Assembly (NCBI GenBank): GCA_031414535.1
Contig: JANNVQ010000014.1
Span: 160,001-224,000 of the forward strand
Length of the DNA stretch: 64,000 nt
Reading direction: 5' to 3'
From: Gemmatimonas sp.
GTDB taxonomy: Bacteria > Gemmatimonadota > Gemmatimonadetes > Gemmatimonadales > Gemmatimonadaceae
Shown here: in pieces, positions 9,001 to 18,886 of the stretch
Layout: every line of letters starts with the position of its first letter
Numbering within the stretch: position 1 is the first letter of the stretch
Position numbers and translations under genes: made by a program
Notes under the pieces: generated by a model
Database searches by the model: none
Told to the model about the DNA's origin: nothing
Seen by the model: only the letters and a program-made list of their open reading frames with translations

Positions 9001-10458
9001 ATGAGCGCGCGCAAAGGATTCGCACGGCACACCATTATCTACGGCGCCGGCATCGTCATCAGCCGCCTCGTCTCGTTCGTGATGTTGCCCGTTTATACCC
9101 GCTATCTGACGCCGGCGGACTACGGAGTGATGGCGCTGTTGGATATGACGCTCGACATCGTGGCTATCGTGGCGGGTGCCAAGATTGCCGGCGGCGTCTT
9201 CCGTTTCTATTACAAGGCGACTGATGACGAGTCGCGCAAGCGCGTAGTCTCCACGGCGATGCTGCTGCTCGGAGCATCTTTCGCCCTGCTCGCCCTCATC
9301 ACGGGCCTGCTAGCCGAACCGGTCGCGCGGCTCGCCTTCGGCACCGCCGAACACGCGACGCTCGTGCGCGTTGGTGCCGCCAGCTTGGGCCTCCAGGGCT
9401 TCGTGATCGTCCCGCTGGCACTGGTACAGCTTCAGCAGCGCTCCGTGGCGTACACTGCCATCACGACGTTCAAGATGTTCATGCAGCTCGGCCTCTCAGT
9501 CTTGTTCCTCGTGCACTTCGAGATGGGCGTGCTGGGCATTCTCACGAGCACGCTCGTGGCCAACGCGGTGGTGGCGACAGGTTTGGTGATCTATTCCATC
9601 CGCCAAGTCGGGCTCAAGTTCTCACCCCCACTCGCCACGGCGCTTGTGGCCTTTGGATTGCCGCTGGTGGGCACACAGGTCGCCACCTTCACCTCGACCT
9701 TCGCCGACCGCTACTTCATCAACGCCTTCGTGGATAGTGCGGCAGTCGGGCTCTATAGCTTGGGATACCAATTTGGATTCCTGCTTGTGGCCGTGGGCTA
9801 TTCTCCCTTCGCCATGTTCTGGGAACCGGAGCGCTTTCGCGCGGCCGAGCAGCCAGACCGGGATGCGCGATTCCAACGCGCACTGCTCTTCGCGAGCCTC
9901 CTGCTCGCGACAGTCGCAGTGGGCATCGGGATTTGGGTGGAGGACGTACTCCGAATCATGGCCACCCCCGCGTACCGGCCGGCCGCACGCATCGTACCGC
10001 TACTGCTCGTGGCATACTCGCTCCAAGGGTGGAGTGCGTTCATGGAAGCCGGCATCCTTATCCGGGAACGTACGGGAATCATCGCAGCAGCCAATTGGAC
10101 CGCCGCGCTCTCCAGCCTCGCCGCAAATGCCGTTCTCGTGCCGCGCTTTGGCATGTTGGGCGCCGCTTCGGCCACCGTCATCGCGTTTGGTCTCCGCACG
10201 ATGCTCATTCACTACTGGGCACAACGTCTGTACTTCGTCCCTTTCGATTGGCGACCCACGCGGATGCTCGCGCTGCTGGCGGCTACAACGGTCACGGCGT
10301 CGTACCAGCTACCCGAACTCCAGTTGATGTACTCCGTCCCCATTCGCCTCGCACTGCTCGGCGCCTTTGCACTCGCGGTATGGCAGCTGAAAATCTTGCC
10401 GGAGGCTGAGGTACGGACTCGCCTGCTCGGTCTGCGGGCGCGATTTATTGGGCCGTAA
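9001..10458 (+). CDS. wzx: Wzx-type oligosaccharide flippase
   Basis: About 12-14 TM; LPVYTRYLTPADYG, DRYFI..VGLYS, LVPRFGMLGAA. Confidence 0.88.
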   Translation: MSARKGFARHTIIYGAGIVISRLVSFVMLPVYTRYLTPADYGVMALLDMTLDIVAIVAGAKIAGGVFRFYYKATDDESRKRVVSTAMLLLGASFALLALITGLLAEPVARLAFGTAEHATLVRVGAASLGLQGFVIVPLALVQLQQRSVAYTAITTFKMFMQLGLSVLFLVHFEMGVLGILTSTLVANAVVATGLVIYSIRQVGLKFSPPLATALVAFGLPLVGTQVATFTSTFADRYFINAFVDSAAVGLYSLGYQFGFLLVAVGYSPFAMFWEPERFRAAEQPDRDARFQRALLFASLLLATVAVGIGIWVEDVLRIMATPAYRPAARIVPLLLVAYSLQGWSAFMEAGILIRERTGIIAAANWTAALSSLAANAVLVPRFGMLGAASATVIAFGLRTMLIHYWAQRLYFVPFDWRPTRMLALLAATTVTASYQLPELQLMYSVPIRLALLGAFALAVWQLKILPEAEVRTRLLGLRARFIGP

Positions 10459-10460
10459 CT

Positions 10461-11573
10461 CTAGGGATTCGCGAGGTAGAGGCGTTCGTACTCGCGGGCC
10501 ATCCGCTCGGCGCTGTAGCGCTCATCAAAGCGGCGGCGCGCGCTGGCGCTGAAGCGCGCGCGCCGAGCGGCATCGCCGAGGACCGTCGCGAGTCCCGCCT
10601 CGAGCGCGGGCACATCCTTCGGTGGCACCAACCAAGCCGACTCATCGTGCTCCAGCGCGTCTGGCACGCCGCCCACCGCCGTCGCCACGACTGGACACCC
10701 GACCGCCATCGCCTCAAGAATCACCATCGGCAAACCCTCCCACAGCGACGGCAGCACGAAGACGTCGAAGGCCTGCAGGAGCTCCGCGACATCTCGGCGC
10801 ACGCCGAGGAAGCGCACCGTGCCATCGAGGCCCAACGCGCTTGAGCGCGCGCGCAGCTCAGCGTCCAACTCACCATCGCCGGCGATGAGCACCTGCAGCC
10901 CCGGAAAGCGTGCGGCCAATCCCACCGACGCCTCAAGCAAGTAGGAAATGCCCTTTTGCTCGGCGAGCCGCGAGGCGAAGCCAATCACGGGCGCGTCGGA
11001 CGCGATCCCAAGTGCGGCGCGCACGGCCGCGCGCTGGCCGCGCGCCGCGTACTTTCCGCCCTCGATGCCGTTGATGATGGTGCGCAGCTTGCGTTCGGGG
11101 ATCTTCTCATAGCGCCGCAGGTTCTCCGTCGTGTGCTCCGACACGCCAACCATAGCGCGCGCAAAGTACGACAGGACGTGCTCCGAGAGCATGTGGCGGA
11201 ACATGTCGGGGAAGGGACGCGCGTGATCGGTGTGGATCACCACGGGCGTTCCCGCCATCAGTGCGCCAATCGTTCCGTTGACAAACGGTTCGGTGTTGTG
11301 CGTGTGAATGACATCAATCTTTTGCGCGCGCAGTACGCGGGCCACGCGACGAAACGCGAAGTAGTCCGGACGTCCCTCGGGCCGCTCAAGCTCAATGACG
11401 CTGAAGCCGTCGGCCTCAAGCGAGTCGGCGAGCGGCCCCTTGCCCCGCAAGCAGAGCACTGAGACCTCAAAGCGCGTCGGATCAATCGTGCGGCACAGCG
11501 TTTCCACCACCCGCGGCAGTCCACCGACCCCGAGGTCGTGCGTTACCTGCATCACCTTCAATCGGGGCGTCAC
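10461..11573 (-). CDS. Glycosyltransferase family 4
   Basis: DVFVLPSLWEGLPMVILEAMA, TAVGGVPD; GTG start 11573 overlaps upstream TGA. Confidence 0.9.
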   Translation of the reverse strand: MTPRLKVMQVTHDLGVGGLPRVVETLCRTIDPTRFEVSVLCLRGKGPLADSLEADGFSVIELERPEGRPDYFAFRRVARVLRAQKIDVIHTHNTEPFVNGTIGALMAGTPVVIHTDHARPFPDMFRHMLSEHVLSYFARAMVGVSEHTTENLRRYEKIPERKLRTIINGIEGGKYAARGQRAAVRAALGIASDAPVIGFASRLAEQKGISYLLEASVGLAARFPGLQVLIAGDGELDAELRARSSALGLDGTVRFLGVRRDVAELLQAFDVFVLPSLWEGLPMVILEAMAVGCPVVATAVGGVPDALEHDESAWLVPPKDVPALEAGLATVLGDAARRARFSASARRRFDERYSAERMAREYERLYLANP

Positions 11574-12676
11574 GGAGCCTTGGGTAGCCACGCCGCAATC
11601 GCGCTCGCGAAGTCCTCGGCCATCTGGAGATTGCCGGGCGAGGTCAGGTGGCAATCGTCGAAGAACAGATTGTCCGACAAACTATGCGGCACATGCCCTG
11701 CTCGCCCACCAGCCAAGCGCATGGAATCAGCAACACCACGCAGTCGCGCTGCGAGAGTATCGCGCACCTGCTGCGTGGTTTCGGCGTCGACCACCCAGTA
11801 ACTGATGCTTGAGACATCAGCCGGCTTGTACTTCGTGCGCAGCGACGACGGCGGCGTCGAGAGCAGGAGTACCGCGCCAGCGCTGTCGGCAATCGCGGCT
11901 ATGCGATGCAGGTTTCGTGTGAAGATTTCGATGCCCTCGGGATGCACCTTCTCCGTTGGGCGCGCCACTTGAATCTGACGGTTCGTCGTCGCATCGCGCA
12001 GCACGCCTGGCAAACGGGCAACCATGAGCATGTGCTTGGTCCGCGACCACAGCGACGGACCGCCAGCTGCGTCCTCGGCGCGCAGCCGACGGAGGACGGA
12101 CTCCCAGATTAGCATCCGCTCGTCAGGGTCCTGAAGGTTTGGTATGCGCACATTGCGCACATCGTTGATGCCCGTATTGACGATGACGATATCGGGCCGA
12201 TACTTCACGCCCTCAGCGCGCAGGCGCTCGACGATGGCATTGGAGTCAAAGCCATCGAGCGCCAGGTTGAGCACCTCGAAGCGCATGCCCGGATGACGGC
12301 TGGCCAGTACCTCGCGCAGGTGTGCATCAATGGTTGCGCTGTCTTCGACGCCCCAGCCGTGTGTGGTGGAGCCGCCAAGCAGGATGATGCGCACCGCGCC
12401 GGCAGGCTTCGCGAGACTGACTTCCGGTCCGCGGTAGCCCAATGAGTTCGCGCTCGCGGTTGCGCCGTTGCGATAGGTGAGACTGGTACCGGGACGTTGG
12501 CGGTATCCGAGGCGTCCGATTGGCACGATCTGCACCGCGAGCGGGTCGTAACTGCGCAACGTTCTCGCGAGCGCTGGGTTGGACGCCGAGGCCACGCGCA
12601 GCGCGGCTTCCGTCAGGCCAAGCAAGAGCGCGCCGACGACGCCGAGCGCGAGCAGTACCACTTGAAGCCGCCTCAC
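11570..12676 (-). CDS. Membrane-anchored SGNH/GDSL hydrolase-fold protein
   Basis: N-terminal TM, NSLGYRG, LGGSTT, GIND, DDCHL. Confidence 0.82.
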   Translation of the reverse strand: MRRLQVVLLALGVVGALLLGLTEAALRVASASNPALARTLRSYDPLAVQIVPIGRLGYRQRPGTSLTYRNGATASANSLGYRGPEVSLAKPAGAVRIILLGGSTTHGWGVEDSATIDAHLREVLASRHPGMRFEVLNLALDGFDSNAIVERLRAEGVKYRPDIVIVNTGINDVRNVRIPNLQDPDERMLIWESVLRRLRAEDAAGGPSLWSRTKHMLMVARLPGVLRDATTNRQIQVARPTEKVHPEGIEIFTRNLHRIAAIADSAGAVLLLSTPPSSLRTKYKPADVSSISYWVVDAETTQQVRDTLAARLRGVADSMRLAGGRAGHVPHSLSDNLFFDDCHLTSPGNLQMAEDFASAIAAWLPKAP

Positions 12677-13995
12677 GTCGTCGCCGCCTCACGCGCGGCT
12701 TGCAGCTCGGCGCGACGTGCTCGGTCGAGCGAGTGGTACAGAAGCATATTCAATCCGATCAAGTTGAAGAAAGTCGAGTAGTACAACTGGTCGTAGAAGA
12801 ATGCGCAGCCCAGGAAGCCCACCATGGCGCACTCCATGCCGATAAGGACTGAGCGCAGGTCCCAGTCGGGTCCGGCGCGCGCTTCCCAGATGCGCTGGTA
12901 GCTACGCCTGCGAAGCTTCCAGTTCTTGGCCACGAAATCAAAAATCATCCACAGATAGACGGCAGCGCCCACCGTGCCGAGCTCCGCGAGAATCTGCACA
13001 TACACGTTGTGCGGGACGCGATTGTAGATGCGCCCGGCCTCGATGTATGGTCCGCCGAGTTCTCCGTCTTCAAAGAAAGAGGCGCCAGTGGCACCGAAGT
13101 TCGCGGGACCTACGCCCAGCACCGGGTGCGCCGCGTACAGTTGGAGGGCCGCCGACCACAGATACATGCGATCGGAGCCTGTCTCATCCTCGGTACCATC
13201 CTTGATGGTGGCCATCTCCGCCCAGAATTCGCCCTTGGGAAACAGGACCTTGGTCGCGCCGAGCATGAAGATTGCGATGACCACAGCGAAGCCCATTGAT
13301 CGGATTTTGTGGGACGAGCGCAACCACATCACCACAAGCACCAGTGCCGCCGAGAGTACCGCACCTCGCGCAAAGGACGCCACCACACCGATGACGCAGA
13401 GCATAGCCGCGATTCCGGCAATCCATCGATAGCGCGGACGGCTCTGCCCAACAGCCACGATTCCGGCAAAGCCAATTCCCATCACCGCCACAGGACCGTA
13501 GCCGTCTTCGTTGCCATACACGCTGTGCCACAGCACACGACCATCCGGTAGCCCATGTATGCTCCACCAAGCCCAAGAGCATAGGTAGAGCAGGAGCAGC
13601 GTTGGCATCTGCTCGGGCCTGCGGAACACGGCGGCGGAGGCGGCCAGCAGCCCCCAGGTGAAGATCACGAACCGCAAGGCCCACTGTACGTAGCCCATGT
13701 TCTCCGAGCCCGGCCCCGACAGCAAGTGCACAATCAGGAAGGCGAACACCGGCGGCACAATGGTGCGCAGGTTCAGCCGGTACAGCGCAAACGCCACCGC
13801 GAACGGGAAAATGAGCGTCGGGATACGCCTGAGGGGGCCAAGGCCGAAGCTGGCCAGAAACCACTCGGGCTCATACAGTTGAAGCACCCACATAAAAACC
13901 AGCACAGAGGAGACGCTGAGGCGCATGCTCGGCAGACCCGACGCGCTCGCGCGGCCTGGCTGCGCGAGCGAGACGTCGGCGGCAGTGCTGTCCAT
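12673..13995 (-). CDS. O-antigen ligase / Wzy-like polymerase
   Basis: Multi-TM; SFARGA, R..LW, HPVLGVGPANF, HNVYVQILAELG. Confidence 0.85.
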   Translation of the reverse strand: MDSTAADVSLAQPGRASASGLPSMRLSVSSVLVFMWVLQLYEPEWFLASFGLGPLRRIPTLIFPFAVAFALYRLNLRTIVPPVFAFLIVHLLSGPGSENMGYVQWALRFVIFTWGLLAASAAVFRRPEQMPTLLLLYLCSWAWWSIHGLPDGRVLWHSVYGNEDGYGPVAVMGIGFAGIVAVGQSRPRYRWIAGIAAMLCVIGVVASFARGAVLSAALVLVVMWLRSSHKIRSMGFAVVIAIFMLGATKVLFPKGEFWAEMATIKDGTEDETGSDRMYLWSAALQLYAAHPVLGVGPANFGATGASFFEDGELGGPYIEAGRIYNRVPHNVYVQILAELGTVGAAVYLWMIFDFVAKNWKLRRRSYQRIWEARAGPDWDLRSVLIGMECAMVGFLGCAFFYDQLYYSTFFNLIGLNMLLYHSLDRARRAELQAAREAATT

Positions 13996-14081
13996 CTGAG
14001 TATCTTATCGCGCTGGCGAAGAGCCGTCACCAGCCTTCTGTGCTTTTTACCCGCTCCTGCAGCCGAGACTGACCAACAGCA

Positions 14082-16031
14082 ATGTGCGGATTCGCCGGAC
14101 TATTTGTGCGTGGTGGCGCGGCGCCCGGTGCCCTCGAGGCTGACGCTCGGGCGCTGATTGGGCCCATCGTACACCGCGGACCTGACGACAGCGGAGTCTG
14201 GGAAAACGCCGATGCCGGCGTCGGTTTTGGATTTCGTCGCTTGGCGATTCTCGACCTCTCGCCGCTCGGCCACCAGCCCATGCATTCGAGGTCAGGGCGG
14301 TACACCATCACCTTCAACGGTGAGGTCTACAACCACCGCGACCTGCGGCGCGAGCTCGAGGCGACGGGGCATCCCTTCCGCGGCCATTCGGACACCGAAG
14401 TGATGCTCGCGGCCTGCGAGGCTTGGGGGTCGCGCGAGGCCATCTCGCGCTTTGCGGGCATGTTCGCCTTCGCCCTCTGGGACAACGCCGAGCGTCGGCT
14501 TACGCTGGCCCGCGACCGGCTGGGCAAAAAGCCGCTGTTCATTTTCCATCACGGCGGCGTGCTCCTGTTCGGCTCTGAACTCAAAGCCTTGGCCGAGCAT
14601 CCGCGCTTTCTGCGCGTGGTTGACCCAGACGCTGTCGCCTCGTACCTGCGCTACGGCTACGTTCCTGCGCCTGGCGCCATCTACCGTCACGTGCAGAAGC
14701 TGCGTCCGGGACATTTCCTTGAGGTTACGGACCCTGCTCAGCCCCTGCCGGAGAGCAAGGCCTACTGGGATGTGGTCGCGGTGGCGGACGCGGCGCGCAG
14801 GCGCCCTCTGACCGACGAGCGCAGAGGACTTGACGATCTCTCGGCGCTGCTCGACGACGCCGTAAAGCGCCGCCTAGAATCGGACGTACCGCTCGGCGCC
14901 CTATTGTCGGGCGGCATCGACTCCTCGCTGATTGTGTCCCGAATGCAGGCCGTGTCTGGGCAGCGCGTGCGCACGTTCACCATTGGGTTTGACGAGCCGG
15001 AGTGGGATGAGTCTTCGCACGCGGCCGATGTGGCGGCGCACATCGGGACGGACCACACGATGCTTCGCCTCAGTGGAAGCGACGCTCTCGCGGTGGTGCC
15101 AGACCTGCCGATGCTGTTCGACGAACCGCTGGCCAATCCTTCGCATATCCCCACACTGCTCGTTTGCCGGCTCGCTCGGCGCGACGTGACCGTCGCGCTC
15201 TGCGGCGACGGCGGAGACGAGCTGTTTGGCGGATACAATCGCTACGTGGCGGGCCCAACATCCATCGCCCAGGCGCTGCGCGTGCCGCCGGTGCTACGCG
15301 GATTGGGCAGTCGCGTGCTGCTCGGCGTCTCGGCGCCCACGTGGGATGCGGTGGCGCGCGCCTTGGTGCCGAGTCGCTGGCGGCCTCGGCTCGCCGGGGA
15401 GAAAGCGCAGAAGCTCGGCCGCATGCTGGCCGCTGGCAACGTGTCCGATGCCTACCGCTGGCTTGTGTCGGCGGCGGGCGATCCGGCCGAGCTCATGACC
15501 GCAGGGCGAGAGCCGCAGCGTCGCGACAGTGAAATACTGGCCGATGCGTCACGCGGCACGATGGCCGAGCGCATGATGCTCGCGGACCAGATGTTTTACT
15601 TGCCGGACGACCTGCTGGCCAAGGTGGACCGCACCAGCATGGCCGTGAGCCTCGAGGTGCGCGCTCCGCTGCTCGATGCTCGGCTTGTAGAGTTTGCCTG
15701 GCAGATGCCGCTCGACATGAAAATCCGCAGCGGCATCACCAAGTGGGCGCTGCGCGAGTTGCTTGCGCGCGACGTGCCCCGCGCGATGTTTGAGCGCCCC
15801 AAGATGGGATTCAGCGTTCCCATCCGAGCCTGGCTCACCGGCCCGCTTCGTCCGTGGGCGGAGGATCTTCTCTCGGATGCCTCGCTGCGCGAGGTGCCGT
15901 TGTTGTCGGCCCCTGCCGTGCAGCGCGAGTGGCAGGCGCTGGTGGCGGGCCGTGCTGGCAGCGGCTACGGGATGTGGACCTTGCTGCAGCTCATCGCTTG
16001 GTGGCGGGTCTGGAAGCCGACCGTGGGCTGA
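14082..16031 (+). CDS. asnB: Asparagine synthase (glutamine-hydrolysing) family amidotransferase
   Basis: MCG N-terminus, HRGPD, NGEVYN, SDTE, LSGGIDSS, GDGGDELFGGY, KVDR..MA.SLE.R. Confidence 0.92.
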   Translation: MCGFAGLFVRGGAAPGALEADARALIGPIVHRGPDDSGVWENADAGVGFGFRRLAILDLSPLGHQPMHSRSGRYTITFNGEVYNHRDLRRELEATGHPFRGHSDTEVMLAACEAWGSREAISRFAGMFAFALWDNAERRLTLARDRLGKKPLFIFHHGGVLLFGSELKALAEHPRFLRVVDPDAVASYLRYGYVPAPGAIYRHVQKLRPGHFLEVTDPAQPLPESKAYWDVVAVADAARRRPLTDERRGLDDLSALLDDAVKRRLESDVPLGALLSGGIDSSLIVSRMQAVSGQRVRTFTIGFDEPEWDESSHAADVAAHIGTDHTMLRLSGSDALAVVPDLPMLFDEPLANPSHIPTLLVCRLARRDVTVALCGDGGDELFGGYNRYVAGPTSIAQALRVPPVLRGLGSRVLLGVSAPTWDAVARALVPSRWRPRLAGEKAQKLGRMLAAGNVSDAYRWLVSAAGDPAELMTAGREPQRRDSEILADASRGTMAERMMLADQMFYLPDDLLAKVDRTSMAVSLEVRAPLLDARLVEFAWQMPLDMKIRSGITKWALRELLARDVPRAMFERPKMGFSVPIRAWLTGPLRPWAEDLLSDASLREVPLLSAPAVQREWQALVAGRAGSGYGMWTLLQLIAWWRVWKPTVG

Positions 16032-17145
16032 GCTGTTCGGCAATCAGGGGCAGCACCTGAGCGGTGAGAAGCGCGTGTCCCGCAGCCGTAAAGTGCTGGT
16101 CCACCGTTCCATAGAGGTGAGTGCCCGCCCGCTGCGCCTCGCGGAAGGCCGGCAACACGTCAATGTTGCGGAGACCACGCGCCGTCATCGCCGCGGCGAG
16201 CAAGCGGTTCGGTTGCTCCGCGTCAATTGATGCGGTGTCTAGCCCGAATCCGCGCGCGTATTGCATCATGAGCGCCGGATCAATCTGGTAGGGCGCTGGA
16301 AGCAGGACGAATATGGGCTCCACGCCCGTCTTCCGAGCGGCAACCGCAATCTCCTCGAGGATTGTCGCCGTGTTGTCCCAACGTCCATCCTCAGCGACCG
16401 ACTTGTTGAAATCCGGTGGGAAGTACGCCGCCGTAAGTCCGAGGCGCATGCGTAGGGTCTCGAGCCGGCTTTTCAGCAGCACGAAAAGATGTGAGCGCTC
16501 CTCGAGGAAGTCGTTCACCGGATACAGCAGAGCGTCCACGAACTCGCGCGCCGAGAGTTGGCGCGGAAAGCGCAGGCTGTGGAGCTCCGTCGGTGTACGC
16601 GGCCTGTAGGCGGGAGTTCGCCACTGCATGATGTCGTTGCCCAAGTACACGGCGACCAGCGCGGCGCTGAACTGAGTCTCACGGACCAGTGCCTCCGCGC
16701 GCAAGCGATACTGCTCTGGGTTCCAGCCGCCTACGCCGGCGTTCCAGGTTTCCAGCGTCGGGTCCGCCAGGGTAGTCCGCAGCGCCGCTTGGAGAAGCCC
16801 GGCCGTGCTGGAGTCGTGCTCCACCTGAATGGCTTCCATAAACGAGTCCCCAAGGATGAGCACCTTTCGGGCATCGGGAACGCGTGTGGTCCCGGGGGCG
16901 ATTCGGAGTGCCCGAGGGTCCGTGGCGAGAGTCACCTCGCCCTCACCGGTGTTGATCGTGGTAACGATGTTGGGCTGATGCAGCCAACCGAGGGTGTCCG
17001 CGGCTTGGTAGATATCGGCCCGCCTAATGATCAACTGTTGTGGCACCGCGATGCGCACGGCTACCTCGCCGAGTCCGCAGGCAAAGAGGCCAGAGAGGCC
17101 GACGAGCAATCCATTGAGCAGGAGCGTGCGAAACAGACGGTTCAC
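15991..17145 (-). CDS. Membrane-anchored SGNH/GDSL hydrolase-fold protein
   Basis: N-terminal TM, LGDSFM, NAGVGG, GND, DQHF; GTG start 17145. Confidence 0.82.
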   Translation of the reverse strand: MNRLFRTLLLNGLLVGLSGLFACGLGEVAVRIAVPQQLIIRRADIYQAADTLGWLHQPNIVTTINTGEGEVTLATDPRALRIAPGTTRVPDARKVLILGDSFMEAIQVEHDSSTAGLLQAALRTTLADPTLETWNAGVGGWNPEQYRLRAEALVRETQFSAALVAVYLGNDIMQWRTPAYRPRTPTELHSLRFPRQLSAREFVDALLYPVNDFLEERSHLFVLLKSRLETLRMRLGLTAAYFPPDFNKSVAEDGRWDNTATILEEIAVAARKTGVEPIFVLLPAPYQIDPALMMQYARGFGLDTASIDAEQPNRLLAAAMTARGLRNIDVLPAFREAQRAGTHLYGTVDQHFTAAGHALLTAQVLPLIAEQLSPRSASRPATKR

Positions 17146-17291
17146 GGCAGCTGATTGAGTGGAAGGGCAAAACCTGTGTTCTGGAGCAAGTGACTTAGCC
17201 GTTGCCCTAGTCAGCCTTGCGGCAGATGCGTCCAACCCCCAAATCTAGACCGGGTGACAGCGCGCTGACAGCATTGGAAGGAGCGTATGGA

Positions 17292-18806
17292 ATGCGGATA
17301 ACGGGACAGTGGATAGTGGGGTTTGCGGTGGTATTGGCCACTGCGGGTGCGGCATGTGCCGACAAGGAGAATTGCACGCTCACGGAGCCGCTCTGTGACG
17401 TGGAAACAGTCACCATGGAACCAACCACCGCGACCATCACGACAATTGGCGGGACGGTGCAGTTGACCTTGGTGGCGCGCGACGCTGCCAACGCGGTGCT
17501 CAGCGTTACCGGAATCCCGGTGACTTGGGTATCGAGCAACATGGCGGTGGCAACCGTGAGCGCGTCGGGTCTCGTGACGGGTGTGGCGGCCGGCAGCAGC
17601 ACGATTACGGCCACATCGCAGCTCTTCCCTGGTGAGACGCGCACGGCCGCCGTGACGGTGGATCTCTCGGCGGTGGCTACGCAACTCGGCGTCAGCACCC
17701 AGCCTGGCGGTGCGGTGTCGGGCTCGGCGCTCTCGCCCCAGCCCGTGGTGCAGGTGCGAAACGCGGCTGGCACGCTCGTCTCGTCAACGGCAGCGGTCAC
17801 CGCCTCAATCGCGTCTGGCGGCGGCACGCTCAGTGGTACTACCACCGTGAACGCCGTGGGCGGCGTGGCCACATTCACCAACCTCGTGGTCACCGGCACC
17901 GCTGGTGCGCGGATGCTGCAGTTCACATCAGCTGGTCTCACGACCGCCACCTCCTCCAGCTTCACCGTGACCGCGCCGCCCGTAGGCGGTCCGACACCGT
18001 GGTTCTTGGAAGACTTCAGTACCTATACCAATACGGCCGATCTCACCACCATTGGCGGTGGTCGTCCATTCACGACGTTCTACTCAGAAGACGGCGGATC
18101 GTTCGCGCTCGACAATACCGGCGTGAATATCAATGGATTCAACCTCACGAAGTCGCTGCGGGTGAACTTTCCAAGCAGCGCGACTTGGACGGACGATTCG
18201 CGCGTCGTGAATGGGACAGCGGATCGCTGCGACAACTACACGATGCGTCCCGTGCTTCAGCCAAACGGTTCGCAATTCGGAACCCAGAGGCATCTATGGT
18301 TCGAGTTCTATATCCGCTTCTCCTCGAACTGGACGACCGTTCCGACGGCAGCTTGGGGCTGCTCAGGAGCGCCGGACCACAAGACTTGGCTGATGGAACC
18401 ACAGGGCGGATCCGGCCGATGGGAAATCAAGATTGGATTCGGGTCCGGCGGGCTCGGACCGGCGGTGACCGTTGGCGATCCCGTCTTTGGTCAGACTCAG
18501 TTCCCTAACGTCAAAAGCTGGTTGAATAACGACCCCGAGGCCGTGGCTCCAACCTATTGGAACAACCAATGGCACCGGGTTCGCGTCGAGGTGTTCCTCG
18601 GCACTTCCGCTGGAGCGAATGACGGGGTGTTCCGAGTGTGGATGAACGACACGCAGATTCACAATCGCACTGGCATCACGTACAACGCGGCGTCCACCGG
18701 TTTCTCATCGATGCAGATGGGTGCCAACCGCAATCACGGCCAAGGCGAGGCCATGAGCTTCTCGTGGGGCCTCGTCCGCATCTTCAATACGAACCCTGGC
18801 TGGTAA
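17292..18806 (+). CDS. Lipoprotein with Ig-like (Big_2-type) domains and a C-terminal beta-jellyroll (polysaccharide lyase/lectin-like) domain
   Basis: Signal peptide with AGAA-C lipobox; VTWVSSNMAVATVSASGLVTGV; WHRVRVEV..GANDGVFRVWMND; ATG 17292. Confidence 0.7.
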   Translation: MRITGQWIVGFAVVLATAGAACADKENCTLTEPLCDVETVTMEPTTATITTIGGTVQLTLVARDAANAVLSVTGIPVTWVSSNMAVATVSASGLVTGVAAGSSTITATSQLFPGETRTAAVTVDLSAVATQLGVSTQPGGAVSGSALSPQPVVQVRNAAGTLVSSTAAVTASIASGGGTLSGTTTVNAVGGVATFTNLVVTGTAGARMLQFTSAGLTTATSSSFTVTAPPVGGPTPWFLEDFSTYTNTADLTTIGGGRPFTTFYSEDGGSFALDNTGVNINGFNLTKSLRVNFPSSATWTDDSRVVNGTADRCDNYTMRPVLQPNGSQFGTQRHLWFEFYIRFSSNWTTVPTAAWGCSGAPDHKTWLMEPQGGSGRWEIKIGFGSGGLGPAVTVGDPVFGQTQFPNVKSWLNNDPEAVAPTYWNNQWHRVRVEVFLGTSAGANDGVFRVWMNDTQIHNRTGITYNAASTGFSSMQMGANRNHGQGEAMSFSWGLVRIFNTNPGW

Positions 18807-18827
18807 GCGTTCGCTTTACGACCGATT

Positions 18828-18865
18828 AAGAGGGGGCGATCGGAATCAACCGGGCGCCCCCTCTT
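18828..18865 (+). terminator. Probable intrinsic terminator hairpin
   Basis: Perfect 11-bp inverted repeat AAGAGGGGGCG (18828-18838) / CGCCCCCTCTT (18855-18865), 21 nt after the stop at 18806; weak U-tract. Confidence 0.65.
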
Positions 18866-18886
18866 GCGTGGCCCTAGATTCCCTGC

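Noticed and set aside
5069..9025. Long N-terminal extensions in the ORF track for neuB, neuA and the 611-aa ORF
   Set aside because: They overlap neighbouring genes; internal ATGs at 6124, 7197 and 8953 fit family starts or operon coupling better.
17184..17200. GCTAAGT-like motif (also near 54212) as an IHF or regulator site
   Set aside because: Too short, and spacing does not fit the IHF consensus.
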